Assembly (NCBI GenBank): GCA_965204875.1
Contig: OZ242020.1
Span: 2,091,729 to 2,155,728, forward strand
Direction of reading: 5' to 3'
Length of the DNA stretch: 64,000 nt
Source of the DNA: Candidatus Aldehydirespirator sp.
Lineage (GTDB): Bacteria > Actinomycetota > Acidimicrobiia > Acidimicrobiales > Aldehydirespiratoraceae
Positions 8,542 to 17,271 of this stretch are shown here, in pieces (position 1 is the stretch's first letter; each line of letters opens with the position of its first letter). The position numbers were made by a program, and so were the translations under genes. The notes under the pieces are model-generated. The model was not told where the DNA came from, ran no database searches, and was given only the letters and a program-made list of their open reading frames with translations.

Positions 8542-10686
8542 ATGCCGGCCGGCGATCCCCCCCTCAGCCTCCGGGACCTCGACGGCCTGTCGGTGCGCCG
8601 GCTGAAGACGGTCGGCCCGAGGCGCGCCGACGCGCTCGCCGAGATGGGGATTGCCACCGTGCTCGACCTGTTGCAGCACTATCCCCGCCGCTACGTGGAC
8701 CGCACCCGCCAGGCGCAGATCGCCGAGCTCGCCGTCGACGAGGAGGCCACCGTGGTCGGACACGTCCTGCACGGTGCCACGCGGCGCACCAGGGGCGGCC
8801 GGTCGCTCACCGACATCGTCATCAGCGACGACACGGCCAGGCTGAAGCTCGCCTTCTTCAACCAGCCCTGGCGTGAGCGCCACCACTCGCCCGGAAGCAC
8901 CGTGGTCGTCCACGGGCGGCTGGTGCGCTACCGCGGCGAGCTGCAGATGACCAACCCCCTGATCGACCCGGTCGGGGATCGCACGGGCAGGATCATCGCC
9001 GTCTACCCGCAGTCGGATCGGGCGGGCGTTCGCACCTGGGACATCGCGGGAAGCGTCAACGAGGCGCTAAACCGCTGCGAGCCCAGGCGCATCGCCGACC
9101 CGCTCCCCGCCGAGACGCGGCGGCGCTTCGACTTCGTCGACCGGCACAGCGCGCTGAGCGGCATCCACCGGCCGGCCACGCTGGGCGAGTCGGCGCAGGC
9201 CCGCCGCCGGCTCGTGTTCGATGAGCTGCTGCGCGTGCAGCTCGAGCTGGTGAGGCGCAAGCGCCGCCTGGAGCTGCACACCGCGGGGCTCTCGCACGCC
9301 GTGGGCGGCGACCTGGTGGCGCGCTTCCTGGCCGGCCTGCCCTTCGAGCTCACCGGCGCCCAGCGGCGGGTCGCGGCCGAGATCGCCGGCGACCTGGCCA
9401 AGCCCTACCCGATGCATCGGCTGCTGCAGGGCGATGTCGGCGCAGGCAAGACGGTCGTGGCGCTGTGCGCGCTGCTGACCGCCGTTCAGGGGGGGTTCCA
9501 GGGCGCGCTGATGGCGCCCACGGAGGTACTGGCCGAGCAGCACTACCGCACCATCGTGGCGCTGCTCGACGGCCTGTCGGTGCCCGACCCCGCCAGGCTC
9601 GCCGGTGAGCGCCCGCTGCGGGTGGAGCTGCTGTCGTCAGGCCGCAGCGCGCCCCAGCGGCGCAGCGCCACGCAGGGCCTCGCGGCGGGCGACGTGGAGC
9701 TGGTGGTCGGCACGCACGCGCTGATCTCGCAGGGGGTGGAGTATCGCGCCCTGGGTGTGGTGGTCATCGACGAGCAGCACCGCTTCGGTGTCGAGCAGCG
9801 GGCCGTGCTGCGCGACCGCGGCCCCGGCTCGATCACGCCCGACCTGCTGGTGATGACCGCAACGCCGATACCGCGCACCGCGGCCATGACCGTCTACGGC
9901 GACCTCGACGTGTCGGTTCTCGACGAGCTGCCCGCCGGGCGCACGCCCGTGGCCACGTCCTGGGCGCGCACCCCCGCAGACGAGGCCCGAGTCTGGAAGG
10001 CGGTGCGCTCCGAGGTGGCCCAGGGTCACCAGGCCTACGTGGTGTGTCCCGTGATCGAGGAGTCCGAGACGCTCGACTTGCGCTCGGCCACGGAGACCTA
10101 CGAGCGTCTCACCGGTGACGGCGGCGAGCTGTGCGGCCTGCGCGTCGGCCTGCTGCACGGGCGGGTCCCGCCCGCCGACAAGGAGGCGACGATGGAGCTG
10201 TTCCGCTCCGGCGCGCTGAGCGTGCTCGTTGCCACGACCGTTGTGGAGGTCGGCGTCGACGTGGCCGCTGCCACCGTCATGGTGGTGCTCGACGCCGGGC
10301 GCTTCGGCATCGCCCAGCTGCACCAGCTGCGCGGCCGGGTGGGCCGCTCGTCGCTGCGGTCGAGCTGCTACCTGGTGGGCGAGGCCGCTACCGCTGACGC
10401 CGAGGCGCGGCTCACAGCCGTGGTGGCCTCATGCAACGGTTTCGAGCTGGCCGAGGCCGACCTGGAGTTGCGCGGCGAGGGCACCATCATGGGCGAGCGC
10501 CAGAAGGGCCGCAACGATCTGAGGCTGGCGTCGCTGCGCCGCGACAGGGAGTGGGTGACGAGGGCGCGTGCCGAAGCCGTCGAGATCATCGACGCCGATG
10601 CCGAGATGAGTGGCCTGCCGGAGCTCGCCGACGAGGTCGACTTCATGCTCGGCAGCCGCGACGCCGAGTTCCTGCTGAAGAGCTGA
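8542..10686 (+). CDS. recG: ATP-dependent DNA helicase RecG
   Basis: 714-aa ORF. Wedge/OB N-terminus, helicase motifs GDVGAGKT, VIDEQHRFG, TATPIPRT and HQLRGRVGR. Conserved position before rsmD-coaD. Confidence 0.95.
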   Translation: MPAGDPPLSLRDLDGLSVRRLKTVGPRRADALAEMGIATVLDLLQHYPRRYVDRTRQAQIAELAVDEEATVVGHVLHGATRRTRGGRSLTDIVISDDTARLKLAFFNQPWRERHHSPGSTVVVHGRLVRYRGELQMTNPLIDPVGDRTGRIIAVYPQSDRAGVRTWDIAGSVNEALNRCEPRRIADPLPAETRRRFDFVDRHSALSGIHRPATLGESAQARRRLVFDELLRVQLELVRRKRRLELHTAGLSHAVGGDLVARFLAGLPFELTGAQRRVAAEIAGDLAKPYPMHRLLQGDVGAGKTVVALCALLTAVQGGFQGALMAPTEVLAEQHYRTIVALLDGLSVPDPARLAGERPLRVELLSSGRSAPQRRSATQGLAAGDVELVVGTHALISQGVEYRALGVVVIDEQHRFGVEQRAVLRDRGPGSITPDLLVMTATPIPRTAAMTVYGDLDVSVLDELPAGRTPVATSWARTPADEARVWKAVRSEVAQGHQAYVVCPVIEESETLDLRSATETYERLTGDGGELCGLRVGLLHGRVPPADKEATMELFRSGALSVLVATTVVEVGVDVAAATVMVVLDAGRFGIAQLHQLRGRVGRSSLRSSCYLVGEAATADAEARLTAVVASCNGFELAEADLELRGEGTIMGERQKGRNDLRLASLRRDREWVTRARAEAVEIIDADAEMSGLPELADEVDFMLGSRDAEFLLKS

Positions 10687-10721
10687 AAAGCTGAAGATCT
10701 GAAGAGCTGGGGGCTTGGGCA

Positions 10722-11288
10722 GTGGCACTGCGTGTGGTGGCCGGAACGGCGCGGGGACGGCGCCTGGTGGTGCCGGCGGGGACGGCCGTGCGCCCCAGCA
10801 GCGACCGCGTGCGCGGGGCGGTGTTCAACTCGCTGTACTCGATGCGCGCCGTCAGCGACGCCTCCGTGCTCGACCTCTACGCCGGCACCGGCGCGCTCGG
10901 GATCGAGGCGCTGAGCAGGGGCGCCGCCGGCGCGGTCTTCGTGGAGCGCGACCCGGCTGCGGTCAGAGCGCTGCGAGCCAACCTGGAGGCGACCGGTCTC
11001 GCCGGGCGCGCCGAGGTGATGGCTCTCGACGCGGGCGCGGCGATCGACCAGCTCAACGCGAGCCGCCGGCGCTTCGATCTGGCGCTCATCGACCCGCCGT
11101 ATGCCTTCGACGGCTGGCCCGGTCTGCTGCCGCTGGTTCCCGCCGCGGTGTTCGTCATCGAGTCGGACCGCCCCGTGGACCCCGGCCCCGCGTTGATTGT
11201 TCACCATCGCAAGCACCATGGGGGTACTGTGGTGACGTTCGCACGCGCCGCCGAGGGCGGCCCGCAGCAGTCCGGAGCCCGCCAGTGA
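10722..11288 (+). CDS. rsmD: 16S rRNA (guanine966-N2)-methyltransferase RsmD
   Basis: 188-aa ORF. VLDLYAGTGALGIEALSRGA (motif I) and LIDPPY (motif IV). The stop overlaps the coaD start. Confidence 0.9.
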   Translation: MALRVVAGTARGRRLVVPAGTAVRPSSDRVRGAVFNSLYSMRAVSDASVLDLYAGTGALGIEALSRGAAGAVFVERDPAAVRALRANLEATGLAGRAEVMALDAGAAIDQLNASRRRFDLALIDPPYAFDGWPGLLPLVPAAVFVIESDRPVDPGPALIVHHRKHHGGTVVTFARAAEGGPQQSGARQ

Positions 11289-11764
11289 CCCGAGTGCTCT
11301 ATCCCGGATCGTTCGATCCGATCCACTACGGACACCTTGAGATCATCGAGACGCTGGCACAGCTCTTCGACGAGGTCGTGGTGGCCGCCATGCGCAACCC
11401 GCAGAAGGGCGACGGCCTGTTCGGTCTCGACGAGCGCGAGCAGATGATCAAGGAGGTGTGCGCCCACCTGCCCAACGTCTCCGTCGCCATGTTCTCCAAC
11501 CTCGTGGTCAAGCTCGCGCAGGAGCTGGAGGCAGACTTCATCGTCAAGGGCCTCAGAGCCGTGTCGGACTTCGAGAACGAGCTGCAGATGGCGCAGATGA
11601 ACCACGCCATCGCGGGCATTCAGACGGTGTTCATCCCGTCGGCGAGCCGCCGCTCCTTCGTCGCCTCCAAGCTCATCCGCGAGGTCGCCCGCTTCGGCGG
11701 GGACGTCTCCTCGATGGTGCCCGAGGCCGTCCGTTCCCGCCTCGCGGGCCGCTTCGACGTCTAG
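11285..11764 (+). CDS. coaD: Phosphopantetheine adenylyltransferase CoaD
   Basis: In-frame GTG at 11285 gives VTRVLYPGSFDPIHYGHLEIIE (the T/HxGH nucleotidyltransferase motif). The track ORF 10715-11764 extends artefactually upstream over rsmD. Confidence 0.93.
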   Translation: MTRVLYPGSFDPIHYGHLEIIETLAQLFDEVVVAAMRNPQKGDGLFGLDEREQMIKEVCAHLPNVSVAMFSNLVVKLAQELEADFIVKGLRAVSDFENELQMAQMNHAIAGIQTVFIPSASRRSFVASKLIREVARFGGDVSSMVPEAVRSRLAGRFDV

Positions 11765-11770
11765 GGGCGA

Positions 11771-12370
11771 GTGTCCCAGGTGACAGCGGACCCGACCCCG
11801 CGGAACGCGCCGACCCCGCCGGGCAGCGCCGAGAACTCGCTCGATCAGCGCCGGCTCGCCGTCGAGCAGATGCTGGCCCAGGCCGTGCGGCTCCTGGAGA
11901 GGTCGCGCCCGATGCCCTTCTCCACCTCGGTGATGATCAACGCCGAGGAGCTGCTGACGCTGCTGCGCCGCGCCCAGTCGGCACTGCCCGAGGAGCTGCG
12001 CGCCGCTCGCTGGATCCTCAAGGAGCGCGACGACCTGCGGGCCCGGGCCCAACGAGAGGGCGAGGACATAGTGGCGGCGGCGCGGGCCCGCGCTGAGCGG
12101 ATGGTGCAGCGCAGCGAGGTGGTCAAGGCCGCGGAGACGCAGGCGCGCCGCACCGTCTCACAGGCCGAGGAGCGGGCACTGAAGATGAAGCTCGAGACCG
12201 AGGATTGGTGCGATAAGCGTCTCGCCGCCTTCGAGGCGACGCTGCACAAGACGATGACCGCCGTCTCGGCGGGACGCCGGAAGCTGCAGGACACGCGCCT
12301 GCCGCGGCCCGAGCCGCCCGCTCCCGCATCCGCCGTCGCCGACGACGTATTCGACCAGGACACGGGTTGA
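11771..12370 (+). CDS. Conserved-position coiled-coil protein of unknown function
   Basis: 199-aa ORF between coaD and the DUF177 gene. Long Arg/Glu/Ala-rich helical stretch (ARAQREGEDIVAAARARAERMVQRSEVVKAAETQARR). Coding strand agrees with the operon. Confidence 0.6.
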   Translation: MSQVTADPTPRNAPTPPGSAENSLDQRRLAVEQMLAQAVRLLERSRPMPFSTSVMINAEELLTLLRRAQSALPEELRAARWILKERDDLRARAQREGEDIVAAARARAERMVQRSEVVKAAETQARRTVSQAEERALKMKLETEDWCDKRLAAFEATLHKTMTAVSAGRRKLQDTRLPRPEPPAPASAVADDVFDQDTG

Positions 12371-12373
12371 GGG

Positions 12374-12829
12374 GTGTCGCGCCTAGAGGGTCGTTCGCGG
12401 CGAGGCGGCCTGCTGATCGACTGCGCGCGGCTCAACGCCGGCGTGGTCGACCGCATCGACGTCTCGCGGCAGTGCGTGCTGGACGAGCCGGGCGTCGCCG
12501 CGTCGCGGGTCGACGGCGGGTCGGTCGATCTGGAGGTGGTGGTGCGCGCCGCCGGAGCGACCTTCGTCGCCGTGGGAGTCCTGCGCGGCAGGTGGGTCTC
12601 GGAGTGCCGCCGCTGTCTCAGCGAGGTCGGCGGGCCGCTCGAGGTGCGGTTGCACGAGGTGTTCGAGTGGGAGCCGTCGGAGGGCGAGACCTGGCCGATC
12701 GACGACTGCCGCATCGACCTCGGCGAGCCCGCACGCGAGGCGGCCATCCTCGCCCTGCCGCTGGCCCCGCTCTGCTCCGCGGACTGCGCAGGCCCCGAGC
12801 CCGACCGCTTTCCGACAGGCCCCCGCTGA
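12374..12829 (+). CDS. YceD/DUF177 family protein (large-subunit rRNA accumulation protein type)
   Basis: 151-aa ORF immediately upstream of rpmF. Has the Cys pairs typical of DUF177 (ECRRCL ... LCSADCAG). Confidence 0.8.
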   Translation: MSRLEGRSRRGGLLIDCARLNAGVVDRIDVSRQCVLDEPGVAASRVDGGSVDLEVVVRAAGATFVAVGVLRGRWVSECRRCLSEVGGPLEVRLHEVFEWEPSEGETWPIDDCRIDLGEPAREAAILALPLAPLCSADCAGPEPDRFPTGPR

Positions 12830-13026
12830 TAGATCCCGAAAGGGTCCCCGCCAATGGATCCTGCAGCGTCAAGGACCTCAACAGCGCCCAGCAGATCTCG
12901 CAGCTAGATGTCGCAGCGCCCGGCGCGCGGTGCCTGCGCCGGGTGGCACTAGACTCGGCCGCTGGCTTGGCGCTGGCGCGTCCGGGCCGTCGCGGTCGCG
13001 ACCAGAGCACCCGAGAAGGTTCAAGC

Positions 13027-13206
13027 ATGGCTGTCCCCAAGAAGAAGACCTCCAAGGCGAAGGGCCGCAGCCGGCGTGCCTCGGCATGGCGCGTCCGTCC
13101 GGCGGGCCGCAGTTCGTGCGGGCGCTGCGGGAGCGTCAAGCGACCCCACCGGGTGTGCGGCAACTGCGGCTGGTACGGCGGCCGGCAGGCCATAGACATC
13201 GAGTAG
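13027..13206 (+). CDS. rpmF: 50S ribosomal protein L32
   Basis: MAVPKKKTSKAKGRSRRASAW...CGRCGSVKRPHRVCGNCGWY is the canonical L32 N-terminus plus zinc ribbon. Only the last 59 codons of track ORF 12367-13206 are real. Confidence 0.95.
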   Translation: MAVPKKKTSKAKGRSRRASAWRVRPAGRSSCGRCGSVKRPHRVCGNCGWYGGRQAIDIE

Positions 13207-13344
13207 GCCGCAGCGCCGCAACGCCACAGCGCCACAGCGCCATGAGGCCCGCCGAGATGAATCCTGGGAGCGTGTCGGGCCTCCGCTGCAGTCGCCGGGC
13301 CGCGACCGCCGCCGGGGTCGAGTAGCGGGCGGGCCGCAGCGGCC

Positions 13345-14337
13345 ATGCAACCGGAGCCGGTGGCGGTGGACGCCATGGGGGGCGACCGGGCCCCCTCGGA
13401 GATCGTCAGCGGCGCGCGCCGCGCTGTCGAGGAGCTGGGCATCCCCGTCGTGCTCGTAGGCCGGCCCGGCGAGATGGGCGACACGGGCGGGCTTGATGTG
13501 ATCGAGGCTGGCGAGGTGATCGGCATGGACGCGGAGCCCGGCTCGGCCGTGCGAACCATGAAGGACTCCTCGCTGGTGCGGGCCGCGGAGGCGGTGCGCG
13601 ATGGGCGGGCCTGCGCCATGGTGTCGGCGGGCAACACCGGGGCGGCAATGGGCGCGGCGCTGCTGCGCATGGGACGCATCCGCGGCATCGCCCGCCCGGC
13701 CATCGCCACCCCGATCCCCACTCCCGGCGCCCGTCCGACCACGATGCTGGACTCGGGCGCCAACGCGCAGTGCCGGCCGGAGTGGCTCGTGCAGTTCGCC
13801 CGGATGGGCTCCGTCTACGCCCGCGACCGCTTCGCCCTCGAGCGGCCCCGCGTGGGACTGCTGTCGATAGGCGAGGAGGCGGGCAAGGGCAACGATTTCA
13901 CGAAGGCGGCGTTCGACCTCCTCGCCGACGGGAGCTGGGCCGACGACTGCGGCGCTGCCTGGATCGGCAACGTCGAGGGACGCGACATCATGACTCCCGA
14001 GGTCGATGTGGTCGTGACCGACGGGTTCACCGGCAACGTCACCCTGAAGGCGCTGGAGGGCTCCCTGCGGGCACTCTTCGGCAGGCTGCTGGTGGCCATC
14101 GACACCGACGACACGTCCAGAGCGGCCGGCGAGTCGCTGGCCCCGGCGCTGGACGCCATGGCCCGCGAGCTGCACCCCGACAGCGTCGGCGGGGCGCTGC
14201 TGCTGGGCGTGCGGGGAGTGTGTGTCATCTCCCACGGCAGCAGCAGCGCGGCAGCGATGATGAACGCCATCGTTGTGGCACACGAGATGGCAACCGCGCA
14301 GATGGTTGATCACCTGGCCGCCACCGCCCGCAGCTAG
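13345..14337 (+). CDS. plsX: Phosphate acyltransferase PlsX
   Basis: 330-aa ORF. VAVDAMGGDRAP N-terminus and SAGNTGA, FTGNVTLK, HGSS motifs. Confidence 0.95.
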   Translation: MQPEPVAVDAMGGDRAPSEIVSGARRAVEELGIPVVLVGRPGEMGDTGGLDVIEAGEVIGMDAEPGSAVRTMKDSSLVRAAEAVRDGRACAMVSAGNTGAAMGAALLRMGRIRGIARPAIATPIPTPGARPTTMLDSGANAQCRPEWLVQFARMGSVYARDRFALERPRVGLLSIGEEAGKGNDFTKAAFDLLADGSWADDCGAAWIGNVEGRDIMTPEVDVVVTDGFTGNVTLKALEGSLRALFGRLLVAIDTDDTSRAAGESLAPALDAMARELHPDSVGGALLLGVRGVCVISHGSSSAAAMMNAIVVAHEMATAQMVDHLAATARS

Positions 14338-14373
14338 CCGCGACTTCTGCTGCGGCGGTTGCACCGGCACGAA

Positions 14374-14408
14374 AGAGAGGCCCGGGCACGAAATACCCGG
14401 GCCTCTCT
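14374..14408. terminator. Bidirectional stem-loop between convergent plsX and the FN3 gene
   Basis: Perfect 13-bp inverted repeat AGAGAGGCCCGGG (14374-14386) / CCCGGGCCTCTCT (14396-14408) with a 9-nt loop. No U-tract, which is common in high-GC genomes. Confidence 0.7.
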
Positions 14409-14494
14409 AGGCGTTTCAATACCCTAGCGCTGTTCGCTGGGGATTCGGTGCCACAACCGGCTTGCCAGCGACGGGCAGGCCAGGTCTTTCGGGC

Positions 14495-15871
14495 TTACCA
14501 GCAACCCCGAGAGTTGGCGGCAGCTGATGCCCACGCCGTGTTGTATTCGATGGAATACCAGCCGATCTTATACTTGAAGTCCACCCGTGCCGCTGCGTCT
14601 TCTGCGCTCCTGCGAAGGTCTATGACCGACAGCAGAGTGTCCAGATCGACCGAACCCATAGCGTCAAACCGGGCATCCTCGTAAAGTTGCTGAACCCGGA
14701 TCCACTCTCGATGAGCGTCGTCGAAGGCTTGCCATGCGGCCTTGTTGGCGGAGTGGACGGCGCCCACTATCGGCCACAGCGTCTCGCCGGAGTTTCCAGT
14801 GATCCCCAGCACCGCATGGTAGGCTTTGTTGTACTGGGTAGCCAGAAACCCGCGTTGGTCGCTCCACTCGGTAACGGCCTCCCGCTCCAACTCATGCCTC
14901 TCGAGACCCTTGCTCTGCGCGAAGTAGGAGTCCAGGCTGTCGATCCGGTCGGCCCGGGACTGACTGGCTGCGAAGGCGTCGTCCCTGATCGAGCGGGCCT
15001 TGCGGACCTCTTCGCGGTAGTCGTACCAGGCTTCCCGCATTGCGCTGCATGGCGTCTTGTCGCCCACCCCGGGCGCGGTCTGGGGATCGCGGCGGGGCTT
15101 CGTCCACGGAGGCACGGTTGTAGTGGTCGTTGTTGTCGTAGTGGTCGTAGTCGTGGTCGTCGTGGTCGTGGTCGTGGTGGCGGTCGTTATGATGGTGAGT
15201 GTCGCCCAATCCGAGGGGGGTCCCCAGTCGACACTGTTGCGCGCCCTTACCCGGAATCGCCACACGCCGACAGCCAGGCCACCACCGGGAGCGAAGGTGG
15301 CGGACGTGGTCGATGGACTCGAGTTGCCTACATTGTACCATCTACTCGGGTTCTCTTCCCCTGGCCTGTGATACTGAAAGCTCCACAAATCCACGGTCGC
15401 GTCGCCAAGATTCGTCCAGAGAATCTCAAGCCAGTTTGAGTCCACGCGCCGCCACGCGCTCAAGCCCGTCGGTTTGCCCGGCACACCAGGCACAGTGGTA
15501 GTGGTAGTGGTGGTGGTGGTGGTTGGGCTGATGGTGAGTGTCGCCCAATCCGAGGGGGTTCCCCAGCCGTTACTGTTGCGCGCCCTTACCCGGAATCGCC
15601 ACACGCCGGCAGTTAGGCCACCCCCGGGACGGAAGCCGACGGTCGTGGTCGATGCGTCCGAGTTGTATATATCGTCCCATGCATCAGGATTTCCCTGCCC
15701 AGGCCTGTGAACCTGATAGCTCCACAAATCCACGGTCGCGTCGCCAAGATTCGTCCAGCTCAGCTCGGCCTGGATGTTACTGGCAAAGATGATACTACGG
15801 GTCGACACGCTCAAGCCCGTCGGTTTGCCCGGCGCACCAGGCTGGGCTTCCTGAGCGGTGGCCGGGGCCAC
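14495..15871 (-). CDS. Surface protein: two FN3-like domains, poly-Thr linkers, and an orphan helical C-terminal domain. Its N-terminal signal peptide lies in another frame (possible frameshift or pseudogene).
   Basis: 458-aa ORF starting at GTG 15871. Two copies of PGKPTGLS...W(T)NLGDATVDLW...PG..NP..W...VWRFRVRARNS..WG.PSDWATLTI, then runs of 9 and about 23 Thr, then about 190 aa with no recognisable family. The FN3 units resemble the one at 21240-21540. Confidence 0.75.
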   Translation of the reverse strand: MAPATAQEAQPGAPGKPTGLSVSTRSIIFASNIQAELSWTNLGDATVDLWSYQVHRPGQGNPDAWDDIYNSDASTTTVGFRPGGGLTAGVWRFRVRARNSNGWGTPSDWATLTISPTTTTTTTTTTVPGVPGKPTGLSAWRRVDSNWLEILWTNLGDATVDLWSFQYHRPGEENPSRWYNVGNSSPSTTSATFAPGGGLAVGVWRFRVRARNSVDWGPPSDWATLTIITTATTTTTTTTTTTTTTTTTTTTTVPPWTKPRRDPQTAPGVGDKTPCSAMREAWYDYREEVRKARSIRDDAFAASQSRADRIDSLDSYFAQSKGLERHELEREAVTEWSDQRGFLATQYNKAYHAVLGITGNSGETLWPIVGAVHSANKAAWQAFDDAHREWIRVQQLYEDARFDAMGSVDLDTLLSVIDLRRSAEDAAARVDFKYKIGWYSIEYNTAWASAAANSRGCW

Positions 15872-15995
15872 GCCCGAGCAGAAGCACGCAGAGCACGCAG
15901 GCGAGCAGGCTCAGCAGCTTGCGGTGCCCGGCAGCGCCGTGGCACGCCGGAGGGCCGCCGCCCGAGGCATCGCGCCCGCCGGCGGCGCTGTTCAT
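15872..15995 (-). other. Out-of-frame signal-peptide-coding segment belonging to the FN3 gene
   Basis: From ATG 15995 the minus-strand frame reads MNSAAGGRDASGGGPPACHGAAGHRKLLSLLACVLCVLLLG and then runs off-frame. Skipping nt 15872 joins it to VAPATAQEAQPG... (an AxA-type cleavage context). Confidence 0.55.
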
Positions 15996-16135
15996 GGAGT
16001 GGAGCCAGGCGCGAGCCGTCCCGCGGAAGCGCCGGCTTGGTTGAATGGTCAATGAAATCTCCCTTGTGGTCTAGCTGCCGCGGATTACGGCAAGCGGCTG
16101 GGTAGATTAGAGGAAGGTATGGGCGCGCGGCGAAC

Positions 16136-16438
16136 ATGGAGGCACTGATGCCGGCTGAGACCCACGTTGAGCAGCCACCGCTCGGGCGTGACGAGGTTCT
16201 GGCGCTCATACGCGACCGCCTCGCCGACATCTTGGAGACGGATCCGTCCGACATAGCCGAGGGCGCTTCCTTCGCCGACGACTTGGATGCCGACTCGCTG
16301 GCGCTGATCGAGCTGGTCGAGGCCATCGAGGAGGAGCTGGCCGAGCGCGCCGTCGGCTTCCGCATCGAGGACGAGGACCTCGAGGATCTGCGATCCGTGC
16401 GAGACGCCGTCGACTACGTCGTGGCGAAGCTCGGTTGA
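16136..16438 (+). CDS. acpP: Acyl carrier protein
   Basis: 100-aa ORF with the phosphopantetheine attachment motif DDLDADSLALIELVEAIEEEL. Confidence 0.9.
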   Translation: MEALMPAETHVEQPPLGRDEVLALIRDRLADILETDPSDIAEGASFADDLDADSLALIELVEAIEEELAERAVGFRIEDEDLEDLRSVRDAVDYVVAKLG

Positions 16439-17271
16439 CGGCCGCGACCGCTCTGGCGGGCGCCGTGTCGCTCGAGGAAGGGCTCGGCTACCGGTTCGCA
16501 GACCGCTCCCTGCTCGAGCTGGCGTTGACCCACCGCTCGTGGTGCTCCGAGCACGCGGGCTCGTCGTCCAACCAGCGCCTCGAGTTCCTCGGCGACGCCG
16601 TCCTCGGCCTCGTGGTCGCCCGGAGGCTCTACGTGCGCTACGGCAACCTGGCCGAGGGCGCCCTCGCCAAGATCCGGTCGGCTCTGGTGAACGCCGCCAC
16701 GCTGGCCGAGGTCGGCTGCTCGCTCGGGCTCGGCGAGGCGCTGCTGCTCGGCAGGGGCGAGGACGCCTCCGGCGGGCGCGCCAAGCCCTCGCTGGTGGCC
16801 GACGCCGTGGAGGCGGTGATAGGCGCGGTCTACCTCGACGGCGGCATCGCCGCGGCCGAGGGCGTGGTGGAGCGACTCCTCGGCGCCCGCCTCGATGCGG
16901 AGGCGCGGTCACCGGGCCGCACCGACTTCAAGACCCGGCTGCAGGAGCTGCTGGCCGCACGCGGCCTGGGGGTGCCTGAATATGCGGTCACCGCGAGCGG
17001 CCCGGCGCACCATGCGCGCTTCGCCGCCGAGGTCCGTGCCGGCGGTGTGGAGGCCACGGGCGAGGGACCCTCAAAGAAGCATGCCGAGCAGCAGGCCGCC
17101 GCGGCCGCCTACGCGGCACTGTGCTCGCCGGGGGCGACGCAGGAGAACGGGTCGCAGGCGCGCCGGAACGCCGAGGCAGAAGCGGCAGAAGAGGCGAGTC
17201 CCGACGTGTTCCGGCGGGGAGACGGGGTCGTGAGTCCCGTGAGTTCAGGGGAGGAGACAGAGCAGTGGTGA
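16435..17271 (+). CDS. rnc: Ribonuclease III
   Basis: 278-aa ORF. RNase III signature NQRLEFLGDAVLGLVV. dsRBD with DFKTRLQELL...GPAHHARF. Ala/Glu-rich C-terminal tail. The TTG start overlaps the acpP stop. Confidence 0.93.
   Translation: MTAATALAGAVSLEEGLGYRFADRSLLELALTHRSWCSEHAGSSSNQRLEFLGDAVLGLVVARRLYVRYGNLAEGALAKIRSALVNAATLAEVGCSLGLGEALLLGRGEDASGGRAKPSLVADAVEAVIGAVYLDGGIAAAEGVVERLLGARLDAEARSPGRTDFKTRLQELLAARGLGVPEYAVTASGPAHHARFAAEVRAGGVEATGEGPSKKHAEQQAAAAAYAALCSPGATQENGSQARRNAEAEAAEEASPDVFRRGDGVVSPVSSGEETEQW

Noticed and set aside
7012-8913. Very long antisense or alternative-frame ORFs (e.g. 7012-8913 minus, 28306-30204 minus, 35566-37380 minus, 19406-21058 minus, 47032-48342 minus, 51259-52893 minus, 56198-57916 minus)
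   Set aside because: They overlap well-supported genes on the other strand. They have Arg/Gly/Pro/His-rich low-information translations typical of stop-codon-poor high-GC DNA, and they show no recognisable motifs.
10715-11764. 349-aa ORF as a single gene (similarly 12367-13206 as a 279-aa gene)
   Set aside because: The N-terminal parts overlap rsmD and the DUF177 gene in another frame. Only the last 160 codons (CoaD from GTG 11285) and the last 59 codons (L32 from ATG 13027) match known proteins.
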